DNA of 39,727 nucleotides from a virus. The DNA is taken from positions 1-39,727 of IMG/VR virus record IMGVR_UViG_3300045988_129909. One strand, given 5' to 3'. Position numbers and translations under genes: made by a program. Below, in pieces: positions 1 to 7,108 of this stretch. Every line of letters starts with the position of its first letter. Position 1 is the stretch's first letter. The notes beneath the pieces are model-generated. The model was not told where the DNA came from. It ran no database searches and was given only the letters and a program-made list of their open reading frames with translations.

Positions 1-77
1 AAGACATTCAAGCATTTTGTTAAACTGCTCACGCTGATTACCTTTAACGCCACCGCTGATATGTTCCTCAAAAATCA
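1..77. repeat. 77-bp terminal overlap, identical to 39651..39727 (circular contig closure)
   Basis: Direct comparison: aagacattcaagcattttgttaaactgctc...atgttcctcaaaaatca occurs at both window ends. The unique length is 39650 bp. Confidence 0.95.
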
Positions 78-186
78 TATCAAACTCATATCCGCTATTT
101 TCAAGCAAATACATCTGTCGCTCATAATCTTGTTTCGCTGATTTTTCAGTCGTAGATACTCTACAATAAGCTATTACTTTGCACAT
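1..186 (-). CDS. Small serine recombinase (resolvase/invertase family), N-terminal part. The gene wraps the junction and continues in 39237..39727.
   Basis: From the ATG at 184-186 the minus strand reads MCKVIAYCRVSTTEKSAKQDYERQMYLLENSGYEFDMIFEEHISGGVKGNQREQFNKMLECL, which contains the catalytic YxRVST serine motif. The frame runs off base 1 and is continued by the ORF at the other end through the 77-bp overlap, giving about 199 aa in total. Confidence 0.85.
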   Translation of the reverse strand, partial: MCKVIAYCRVSTTEKSAKQDYERQMYLLENSGYEFDMIFEEHISGGVKGNQREQFNKMLECL

Positions 187-251
187 TCTTATTTCCCTTT
201 CTTACGGTATAAATAAAAGCCTATAATATATTACTTTCTTACCGCAATTAT

Positions 252-280
252 ATTATAAGCCTTTATGTAACATTTGTCAA
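252..280 (-). promoter_or_regulatory. Sigma70-type promoter of the recombinase operon
   Basis: The minus strand reads TTGACA (275-280), a 17-nt spacer, then TATAAT (252-257), about 65 nt upstream of the recombinase ATG. Confidence 0.6.
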
Positions 281-296
281 GCGAAATATTTAATCT

Positions 297-467
297 TTAA
301 ATGATTATTTTCAATAGAAAATAGGCAAAGGCAAAATCAACCATTGCTTGCGATAGAAAAAATGCCGTAATATAAGCGGGTGCTTTGGTTTTAACGCCCA
401 TTATAGATAGTGCCAAGCCCATAATGCCTATTGTTATGCCGAATATAGCTAATATTGTTTTAAGCAT
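297..467 (-). CDS. Small hydrophobic membrane protein (56 aa), below the ORF-track cutoff
   Basis: ATG at 465-467 preceded by GGGGA. Peptide MLKTILAIFGITIGIMGLALSIMGVKTKAPAYITAFFLSQAMVDFAFAYFLLKIII has two predicted TM helices. It starts 1 nt after the stop of the upstream gene. Confidence 0.4.
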   Translation of the reverse strand: MLKTILAIFGITIGIMGLALSIMGVKTKAPAYITAFFLSQAMVDFAFAYFLLKIII

Positions 468-468
468 T

Positions 469-1110
469 TCATTCCCCTTTCTTGTCTAACAGAGCTTTCA
501 TATTTGCCAATTCTTTTAATTCATATCGGAATTGCCCCTCGTTTAATGCATCACTTGCCTTATCGAGTATACTTTCCGCGTCACCTATTTGTACCAGTTC
601 GTGACCGTAGCCGCCCTTGCTCTTTAGCCGCAGTTTGCTTGTCGACTCTTTCTGTTGTCCTTGTTCGGCTGCCGAAAGAGTAAAGTTTATTAAATCAGCT
701 TCAATATCACCGCATACTTGTTTGACATCATCGGTCGCATTGTTGCGTAAATGCTCAAATGCCGATACGCTTATCCTTGCAAATGCCAAAAATTCAAGTT
801 TATTCGGCGTATATGATATAGCCATATTTATATATGCCATAAGTGATAGATAAGCATTATAGATATTATAAATATCGTCTGCCGACAGTTTAAGGGCAAT
901 ATCATTTGTGACCGTGCGTTCCTGTCGGAGTATCTCGCCAAGTTTTACTCTTACACGGTATTCAAGAGTATCAGCTAAATACTTTTCGCCTTGCCTTGAT
1001 TTATTCATAATGTCCGAACGGCATATCTCGATAAATTCTTCAAGCTGTGACTTTACTGTCTCAACCTTAGATTGATATTGTGTTAATATTTCATTATCCA
1101 CATTATTCAC
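469..1110 (-). CDS. Hypothetical protein, possible terminase small subunit
   Basis: 213-aa ORF. The segment YTPNKLEFLAFARISVSAFEHLRN followed by SKLRLKSKGGYGHEL resembles, from memory, the HTH-plus-LKN-FGY pattern of Firmicutes phage small terminases. It is certainly coding, but the function is tentative. Confidence 0.4.
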   Translation of the reverse strand: MNNVDNEILTQYQSKVETVKSQLEEFIEICRSDIMNKSRQGEKYLADTLEYRVRVKLGEILRQERTVTNDIALKLSADDIYNIYNAYLSLMAYINMAISYTPNKLEFLAFARISVSAFEHLRNNATDDVKQVCGDIEADLINFTLSAAEQGQQKESTSKLRLKSKGGYGHELVQIGDAESILDKASDALNEGQFRYELKELANMKALLDKKGE

Positions 1111-1567
1111 CTACCATATCTACATATTGTCCATAGCTAAGCAATGTGCTGTGTGTTCTGTTGTATTCGGCTCTTTCTTTTTCTATGACTTGTAAAGGTT
1201 TAAACTTTCTCTTTTTTGGTCTTTTGGGTTCTATGGATTTAACCGAACGGTACATCTCCCTTTGCAAAATGTCTGCGGCTTTTTTCCTATTATTCTTGCA
1301 TATAGGGCATTTATGGTTATTGCTATCCGTATAAAAAGCTTTGCCACATTCAACACATAATTTAGATTTTATATTATCTTCTATAAGCTTATTTATAACA
1401 GCTATATCGCTTAATGCTATAACTGAATTACAGCCTATTTGGTCGCAGATTTCGTTGACAGACATATTATTCACATAATAAAGCCTTGCTATTTTCCTCT
1501 GCCGTACGCTTTTAACCAAGTCTAATAATCGTGATATTCCACTATTGTCTATAATCGCCTTTTCCAT
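1103..1567 (-). CDS. Putative DNA-binding protein (sigma region-4-like HTH plus zinc ribbon)
   Basis: 154 aa. RQRKIARLYYVNNMSVNEICDQIG looks like an HTH. CVECG...CPIC forms a CxxC-CxxC ribbon, followed by a basic tail. Confidence 0.45.
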   Translation of the reverse strand: MEKAIIDNSGISRLLDLVKSVRQRKIARLYYVNNMSVNEICDQIGCNSVIALSDIAVINKLIEDNIKSKLCVECGKAFYTDSNNHKCPICKNNRKKAADILQREMYRSVKSIEPKRPKKRKFKPLQVIEKERAEYNRTHSTLLSYGQYVDMVGE

Positions 1568-1872
1568 TATTTCAATAACCCCTCCACATCAATTCCGCTT
1601 TCTTTAAGTTTTTGTTCGCATAACCACCAAGTGCAATCCTCGCCCATTTCGTATTTGTCTTCAAGGTCAATCTGCATTTGCTTTAATTTATCAGCAAATT
1701 TGGTGAGCCGTTCATTGCCAAAACCATAATCAGTATGCAATAAATATAATATCTGCACTGCTACTTGTTTATTATATTTTTCCAATAGCCTGTCAAATTC
1801 TTTTACACATTCAGCCCTTAATGCTTTTCTTTGCGCGCTTGTGGGCTGTTCTTTATTTATCCTTACTTTCAT
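1567..1872 (-). CDS. Hypothetical protein
   Basis: The ORF-track frame is 1567..1908. I prefer the internal ATG at 1870-1872 (MKVRINKEQ...) because GGAGAAAGGG lies just upstream and this start avoids overlap with the preceding gene. Confidence 0.6.
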   Translation of the reverse strand: MKVRINKEQPTSAQRKALRAECVKEFDRLLEKYNKQVAVQILYLLHTDYGFGNERLTKFADKLKQMQIDLEDKYEMGEDCTWWLCEQKLKESGIDVEGLLK

Positions 1873-1898
1873 TTTCCCTTTCTCCATAACTGCAAAAA

Positions 1899-2561
1899 TT
1901 ACCCCCATTGTTCTGCCATAGCGGCAGCTATGCCCTCAAATGTTTTACTCCTAATCTTTGCCGCTCCGCCCGCCCGTGAAAATCCCGCCTTGTCCTTATT
2001 TCCTTTATTTTTGCTTGTCCCACAAGAAACATAGGGCTTGTACTCGGATAAAATTTTTGTGGGTTTTAATTTTGGCAGTCCCTTAATCCATAGGCAAGTT
2101 TTTTTACTGTATGGGTGTCCGTACTCATACGGTTGTATAATTTGCGTGTATGGCGGCATTTCAAAGACTTTTGACGGTATCGGGTTTTCTACGCATATAT
2201 GCTCACAATCAGCGTTGTATAGTTTCATAAAAAACGCTTTTGCTTGCAACCCTTTTTTATATCGTTCCTGGTCTAACTGTCCTTTTTTAGGATATAGCCT
2301 ACAAGCCCCTGCATTACTTAAATAGGTGCACGGCGGGTGCGCAATTATTAAATCCCATTTCCCCTTTATTTCGTGCTGCATTTTATCCTCTGTTTCAAAC
2401 TTGCAATTTCCGTCAAGCAGTGGCAACACATCTTGTTTTATATGCCATTCTGGGTGTCTCCCTGAACAGTCAATAATATCGCAACTGTACGCCTCGTGTC
2501 CCCGTTCCCTAAACGCCGCACATACTCTTTGGCTTTCTTCACACGCAACCAATACTTTCAT
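1899..2561 (-). CDS. Short C5-cytosine-methyltransferase-like protein (PPC and ENP motifs, no obvious FxGxG or target-recognition domain)
   Basis: 220 aa. IIAHPPCTYLSNAG matches the PC catalytic motif IV and ICVENP matches motif VI. The N-terminus MKVLVACEESQ replaces the usual SAM loop. This is a phage family I recognise only by pattern. Confidence 0.5.
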   Translation of the reverse strand: MKVLVACEESQRVCAAFRERGHEAYSCDIIDCSGRHPEWHIKQDVLPLLDGNCKFETEDKMQHEIKGKWDLIIAHPPCTYLSNAGACRLYPKKGQLDQERYKKGLQAKAFFMKLYNADCEHICVENPIPSKVFEMPPYTQIIQPYEYGHPYSKKTCLWIKGLPKLKPTKILSEYKPYVSCGTSKNKGNKDKAGFSRAGGAAKIRSKTFEGIAAAMAEQWG

Positions 2562-3139
2562 TCTTCTACCTCATCCACATAGCACCACGATAGTGGTGGA
2601 CGGTTTACAGGTCTGCACGCCTCAATTTTTGAACAACAATAATCTTCCAATCCATATTCGGTGTTGCTATAACAATATACGTTGCAACTATAGCAATCGG
2701 GATTATCACCACAATACTTATAAAACTCACTTAACTCCTTCGGCTTGTCATAAATCACAAGGTCTGATATGTGCCAACCGTAGAGAGGCTTGAAGTAAGG
2801 CAGATTTTCTCTATATTTCGCCACCTGTTCAAATGTAAGGCAACTTTCTAATAAAAAAATGTCTAAATCGTGCTGTTCCGCTTTTTGATATTTCCCTTGC
2901 GGACTTAGTTGCCATTCGTGAAACTTGTCAATCTTGTCGCACACAAATTCGCCAATAACTTTACCGAGATTGTTTTCAAGCATATCAATAGTGTTTATTC
3001 TCCCATCAAAAGTTTTGTAGATGTAACACTTAAACGGTGTATCGCATTTCGGTCTTGTTTTTCTGACCTCTATTGTTTTCTTGCCGTTTGCTATCAACTC
3101 GCACCATTTAGGTTTAATGCTTATAAGTACGCTTTTCAT
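2558..3139 (-). CDS. ASCH domain protein
   Basis: The N-terminus MKSVLISIKPKWCELIANGKKTIEVRKTRPK is the typical ASCH beta-barrel opening. 193 aa, with a Cys-rich C-terminus. Confidence 0.6.
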   Translation of the reverse strand: MKSVLISIKPKWCELIANGKKTIEVRKTRPKCDTPFKCYIYKTFDGRINTIDMLENNLGKVIGEFVCDKIDKFHEWQLSPQGKYQKAEQHDLDIFLLESCLTFEQVAKYRENLPYFKPLYGWHISDLVIYDKPKELSEFYKYCGDNPDCYSCNVYCYSNTEYGLEDYCCSKIEACRPVNRPPLSWCYVDEVEE

Positions 3140-3178
3140 TCTTCTGCCTCCGAATTAAGCCACTGGATAATGCCACTC

Positions 3179-4276
3179 TTACAAGTAAATTTTTTGTTTG
3201 TCATATCCATCCTCCTTATATTTAATAAAGCCTTTGCCATAAATTTCATTCAGAACATCAAAACAATGCCCCAAGCCTAAACCTTTGCTATTTGGTTGCC
3301 AAATGCCGTTATCGTTGTACTCGCCACCACCGATACAATATTCGTACTGCCGAGGATGTGTCTTCTTTAGTCGTAACCAACGGCTTTCCTTTTCGAGGTG
3401 ACATCCAAATCCGCAAAACATACACCCCGTGCGCTCGCACCCTGTTGTAGCCAGTTTCCCGTCGCAACCCTCAAACATAGGTTGTTGTTCGAATATTTCG
3501 CCACCTGACTTGATTATTTGGGATTCATTGACAACGTCTCCGTAAACGCTTGCTATAGATAGGCTGTTCTGCTTTATGTACTGAAGAACATCCTGCTCTG
3601 TCCAAAAAGATATGGGGTTGCTGATAGGACTTTTCATTTCAAAGCCATTACAGCCGTTCTCCAACCACTGCCGCTCTCGTAACTTGCTTTCACTCGCCAT
3701 TTGTGCGGTTATAGGCTTTTTATCAGTTTTTTTGGTAAATTCTTTTGCCGGATTTTTTTTCATAATATTGCAGCAATAACTGCCGCAGATAAAATCTGTG
3801 TGAAGCAGTGGCTTGTATTTTTCTTTGCAAAAAAGACTCTTATTACCGTTTTTATCCGTTGCAGTGCCAAGAAGCATTTTTAACCTATAATTATATTTAT
3901 TGCTTCCTTGTAAACATTTCCTGCCTTGAAAAACGCAATCTCCAACTTTTTTGCTAATTATCGGATACCCGTATTTTTTGATAACCTCGTCAAAGCGCAT
4001 TTTTGGACGAAGAATTGTAACATTTGAGAATGTTTTTACAAACTCCCGAATTTCCGGAAATTCAAGTCCCGTGTCAACGAAAACCGCCTCTATATTCGGA
4101 TACAATTCTCGGACAATATGGAGCAATACCGTACTGTCCTTGCCGCCCGAAAAGCTCACATAAACGCCGTCAGCACCATACTCCTTTACCCATTCTCGGA
4201 TACGCGTTTTAGTCATTGCGATCTTTATATCCAACGGCATAGCTTGGAAATATTTCAAATCTTCTCTTGAAGGCAA
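3179..4276 (-). CDS. Phosphoadenosine-phosphosulfate (PAPS) reductase family protein with a C-terminal Cys cluster
   Basis: VSFSGGKDSTVLLH is the PP-loop ATP pyrophosphatase motif. The C-terminal CERTGCMFCGFGCH and CGSYCC suggest an Fe-S or Zn site. Confidence 0.7.
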   Translation of the reverse strand: MPSREDLKYFQAMPLDIKIAMTKTRIREWVKEYGADGVYVSFSGGKDSTVLLHIVRELYPNIEAVFVDTGLEFPEIREFVKTFSNVTILRPKMRFDEVIKKYGYPIISKKVGDCVFQGRKCLQGSNKYNYRLKMLLGTATDKNGNKSLFCKEKYKPLLHTDFICGSYCCNIMKKNPAKEFTKKTDKKPITAQMASESKLRERQWLENGCNGFEMKSPISNPISFWTEQDVLQYIKQNSLSIASVYGDVVNESQIIKSGGEIFEQQPMFEGCDGKLATTGCERTGCMFCGFGCHLEKESRWLRLKKTHPRQYEYCIGGGEYNDNGIWQPNSKGLGLGHCFDVLNEIYGKGFIKYKEDGYDKQKIYL

Positions 4277-4278
4277 TC

Positions 4279-4365
4279 TTAATCCCTCCCGTTAGCGCTC
4301 AGTATTGCACATATCGCAAAGCCTATCGGTGTGCCGATTATAAGTCCGATTATAAAACTAATCAT
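4279..4365 (-). CDS. Candidate 28-aa single-TM peptide
   Basis: MISFIIGLIIGTPIGFAICAILSANGRD. The ATG overlaps the stop of the upstream mini-ORF (ATGATTAG) and GGGAGAGG lies upstream. The ORF track extends this frame to 4470. Confidence 0.3.
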   Translation of the reverse strand: MISFIIGLIIGTPIGFAICAILSANGRD

Positions 4366-4483
4366 TTTCTTTGTACCTCTCCCAATTTTCAAATTCCACA
4401 CAGCTTGCGCACGGCATATCCGAACGGTCATTATCGTAATATGCGCAATCCTCACAACACATTGGCTCATTCAAATTATCCAT
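4358..4483 (-). CDS. Candidate 41-aa Cys-rich peptide
   Basis: AAGGGGAG is followed by ATG at 4481-4483. Peptide MDNLNEPMCCEDCAYYDNDRSDMPCASCVEFENWERYKEND, ending in TAG. Confidence 0.3.
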   Translation of the reverse strand: MDNLNEPMCCEDCAYYDNDRSDMPCASCVEFENWERYKEND

Positions 4484-4612
4484 ACTTATTTACTCCCCTT
4501 TCTCAATAAGAACGCCCCCACAAATGATACGGCACTTGCAGGAGCGTTTATTCTATGCGGCATTACCCGGTTATAGACTATTTAATTGTTCAGAGCCGTA
4601 TCTCTGTTAATT

Positions 4613-4641
4613 ATAATAGCATATAGTAATTTATTTGTCAA
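4613..4641 (-). promoter_or_regulatory. Sigma70-type promoter with a shared upstream operator-like module
   Basis: The minus strand reads TTGACA (4636-4641), a 17-nt spacer, then TATTAT (4613-4618). The 27 nt at 4634-4660 are identical to 13161-13187. Confidence 0.55.
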
Positions 4642-4665
4642 GAATATTTTTAAATATTTTTTAGG

Positions 4666-4968
4666 TTATAACATTTCTCCAAATATTGCCTCTAAAACAG
4701 CCACTACGATTGAATTGCCTGCTTGCTTATATAACTGGCTGTTAGAATTTACTTTCGCAGCTTTTTCAAAATCTTCATCGTCAAAATCCATAAGCCTAAA
4801 GCACTCTTTAGGGGTGAGTTTGCGTATTCTCATCTTGATTACCCCCCCGCAAGTGGTAAGCGTCGGTGACAATCCGTCAGTGCTATATACTCTGCGTGAT
4901 TTTTCCTGAGTTTTATCCCATTTCCCGCCTTGCAATGTGCCGTATAATTTGCAATTTATCTTTTCCAT
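4666..4968 (-). CDS. DNA cytosine-5 methyltransferase, C-terminal fragment (motifs IX-X)
   Basis: RKLTPKECFRLMDFDD and YKQAGNSIVVAVLEAI are Dcm motifs IX and X. This fragment overlaps the N-terminal fragment by 13 nt in another frame. Confidence 0.75.
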   Translation of the reverse strand: MEKINCKLYGTLQGGKWDKTQEKSRRVYSTDGLSPTLTTCGGVIKMRIRKLTPKECFRLMDFDDEDFEKAAKVNSNSQLYKQAGNSIVVAVLEAIFGEML

Positions 4969-5879
4969 TCTAACGCCCCGTTTGTAGTCTGATTTCCAAA
5001 TCCCTTATAATCTCTTGCCATAAGTGTGTTTGCAACATCGACTGCCTTTTCAATTTGTTTGCCTTGTTTCGACAATAATATCCCAACTGTGGCTACCGTC
5101 CGTACTTCCTCTCCCGCCACACCTAATTGTGTGGCTAATCTTTCTCTCTCTACATTAACAGTTTGTAAACACTTTTCTACCTTGTTCTCGGATATATAAT
5201 ATTTTTCCTCAACATTGCTATCCAATAAATCTTTTAGCCGAGTTTTTAAAGGCTTTGGCTGTGGAAATTCGTAGTAATAATCTCCGAGTAAGCTCACGCA
5301 AAATGTACGGTTACGGTTTTGTGGTACGCCAAAATCTTTAGCGTTTAAATCTTTATACCAACTCTTGTAACCCAAACTTTCAAGCTTTTGCAGCCAACTG
5401 TTAAAGTCCGCAATGTTTTTTTCAGCGTGTACTTGCGGAACATTTTCCATTAACAAAACTTGTGGCAATTCATTACATTCGTCAAGTAATCTTTCAACTT
5501 CCCACAATAGTCCCGACCGTGTACCGCTGTTCTTCGACATTCTCCATTGTTTACCGGCAATACTCAAATCAGTGCAAGGAAATGAATAAGTTAATATATA
5601 GCAATATTTATTAGTATCAATTATACCTAAATCATCGGCAGTAATTTTCGTTACATCGCTTGTCTCAAAATTCGTGCTGTGAATTGCGTTATAGCTCTTG
5701 ATTGCGTATTTATCAAACTCACATACTCTGTAATGCTTAAACGGTACACCGAGCCGTTTCAAAGCCTTTGCTTGCGCTCCTATCCCGGCAAACAGCTCAA
5801 TTAAACGAATAGGCTTATCAATCTTAAACTTTTTAGCGCCGTCAAACATTCCTATTTGTGAACCGAACCAATCGCTCAT
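4956..5879 (-). CDS. DNA cytosine-5 methyltransferase, N-terminal fragment (motifs I-VIII)
   Basis: IELFAGIGAQ (motif I), SFPCTDLSIAGK (motif IV), LMENVPQV (motif VI), QNRNRTF (motif VIII). Confidence 0.8.
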   Translation of the reverse strand: MSDWFGSQIGMFDGAKKFKIDKPIRLIELFAGIGAQAKALKRLGVPFKHYRVCEFDKYAIKSYNAIHSTNFETSDVTKITADDLGIIDTNKYCYILTYSFPCTDLSIAGKQWRMSKNSGTRSGLLWEVERLLDECNELPQVLLMENVPQVHAEKNIADFNSWLQKLESLGYKSWYKDLNAKDFGVPQNRNRTFCVSLLGDYYYEFPQPKPLKTRLKDLLDSNVEEKYYISENKVEKCLQTVNVERERLATQLGVAGEEVRTVATVGILLSKQGKQIEKAVDVANTLMARDYKGFGNQTTNGALEWKR

Positions 5880-5909
5880 TTAATTCCACACCTCTTACCG
5901 TTTCATAGT

Positions 5910-6149
5910 TTAATTGTCTTTTTCTTCCAAAAGTTCCAGCCTTGCCATTATTTCAAGCAGCATTTCATTTTGTTGCGCAAATCTTGTATTGATTTCCCGC
6001 AATAAATACTCTGCCTGCTTGTCATTAGCCGTTTGCACATCATTATGCGCCGACTGTTCCCTATTTTCATTAAGGTTAGCCACAGCCAATAATAGAGACA
6101 GTGCATTGATAATGTCATTGCCGTTAATATTATCGTTGTTTTGATACAT
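5910..6149 (-). CDS. Hypothetical helical protein, possible paralog of 14114..14317
   Basis: 79-aa ORF. It shares the pattern LSxLLxxxNxxN...D(V/I)Q...AE...QQ(N/D)E with the other protein. Confidence 0.55.
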   Translation of the reverse strand: MYQNNDNINGNDIINALSLLLAVANLNENREQSAHNDVQTANDKQAEYLLREINTRFAQQNEMLLEIMARLELLEEKDN

Positions 6150-6357
6150 TTCCGTTTCCCTCTGCTTTCTCTAACCATTTCTTAAACTCGTCATAATAAT
6201 TGCCGTTGTTGGCAAATGCTTTCTTTGAAATAGCCATAGCAAGCCCTTTTTCGGGGTCAAAATTGTCTCCGTCCTGCGCCCTTACTATTGTTTTAGTACC
6301 GTTTCCGAGCTTCCATTCCAAGACCAACTGCCGAAAATGCAGTGTCGCCTTTGTCAA
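6130..6357 (-). CDS. Hypothetical protein (GxxxA...D-FD-x-EKG-hydrophobic-A motif family)
   Basis: 75-aa frame starting at TTG. GTKTIVRAQDGDNFDPEKGLAMAISKKAF resembles a small phage family I know only by pattern. The start is uncertain. Confidence 0.45.
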   Translation of the reverse strand: MTKATLHFRQLVLEWKLGNGTKTIVRAQDGDNFDPEKGLAMAISKKAFANNGNYYDEFKKWLEKAEGNGNVSKQR

Positions 6358-6439
6358 CCTGCGGGTAGCAGGTTATTGTAACGATTGTGCCGTCCTCTTT
6401 ATTGTGAGTACAATTTATATCTTTAACTCGTAAGTGCAT

Positions 6440-6568
6440 TTATTTTTTCCTCTCAATCCAATTTTTCTTTTGCACGCCTAATTCCCAAAAAAGAAACACG
6501 CCTATGCCCAAACACGCAATGCCACCAAAGAAGAAAAGTGCCACCATATATCCATTGCGTTTAGCCAT
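6440..6568 (-). CDS. Candidate 42-aa membrane peptide
   Basis: MAKRNGYMVALFFFGGIACLGIGVFLFWELGVQKKNWIERKK. The ATG at 6566-6568 overlaps the YopX stop (AATGGCTAA). The longer track ORF 6440..6727 would overlap YopX heavily. Confidence 0.35.
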   Translation of the reverse strand: MAKRNGYMVALFFFGGIACLGIGVFLFWELGVQKKNWIERKK

Positions 6569-6959
6569 TAAATTTAAAAGTAAACTTCCTGCGACAATCG
6601 ACTCTACGGAAACAATCCATATTATAGCAAACGCCGCGGTAGCTGTCATAGACTTGAAAACAACATTCATCAAATGCGACTTGGTAAGGCTCTTCGTCAT
6701 CACACAATAAGACAATATCCCCCTCAAAAATCTTTGTTCCGTTTTTATCGGTTAAGCCTGTGTATTGTCCGATAGTTTTATAATCTATTTCAATGCCCGT
6801 TATACCATATTCGTTACTCATTTCCGCAGGCAAATTAGGGAATTTCTCGTCATACAGTTTTGTAATCAAGCCGTAAACCCACTCGCCATTTTTATAATTT
6901 GTTCTATGTTCGCACTTGTCTCTGTTTATTGCTTGCCCTCTGAATAATATTTTTCTCAT
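6561..6959 (-). CDS. YopX family protein
   Basis: MRKILFRGQ...GQYTGLTDKNGTKIFEGDIV is the YopX signature. Confidence 0.7.
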   Translation of the reverse strand: MRKILFRGQAINRDKCEHRTNYKNGEWVYGLITKLYDEKFPNLPAEMSNEYGITGIEIDYKTIGQYTGLTDKNGTKIFEGDIVLLCDDEEPYQVAFDECCFQVYDSYRGVCYNMDCFRRVDCRRKFTFKFNG

Positions 6960-7096
6960 TTTTCGTTTATCCTTTCACCATTATAATACACCACATTCGG
7001 TTTTTTAACGCTTATTGCCTTGCAATAAAACAATTTTGATACTTTAATAGCTTCTTTTTTGCTATGAGCGTAATAAATAAATTCTCTTTTTAGCAT
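6956..7096 (-). CDS. Candidate 46-aa protein
   Basis: MLKREFIYYAHSKKEAIKVSKLFYCKAISVKKPNVVYYNGERINEK. Its stop overlaps the YopX start (ATGA). The RBS is weak. Confidence 0.3.
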   Translation of the reverse strand: MLKREFIYYAHSKKEAIKVSKLFYCKAISVKKPNVVYYNGERINEK

Positions 7097-7108
7097 TAAA
7101 TTCCATTT

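Noticed and set aside
2326-2793. Plus-strand ORFs antisense to minus-strand genes (for example 2326..2793, 11865..12416, 23449..23832, 25337..25708, 27530..27889, 33405..33809)
   Set aside because: They lie fully inside well-supported minus-strand genes, lack an RBS or promoter, and have Cys/Ser/Phe-rich compositions typical of antisense translation of AT-rich coding DNA.
6440-6727. 95-aa version of the ORF overlapping the YopX C-terminus
   Set aside because: About 165 nt would overlap the YopX gene. Only the last 42 codons, from an ATG overlapping the YopX stop, form a plausible TM peptide.
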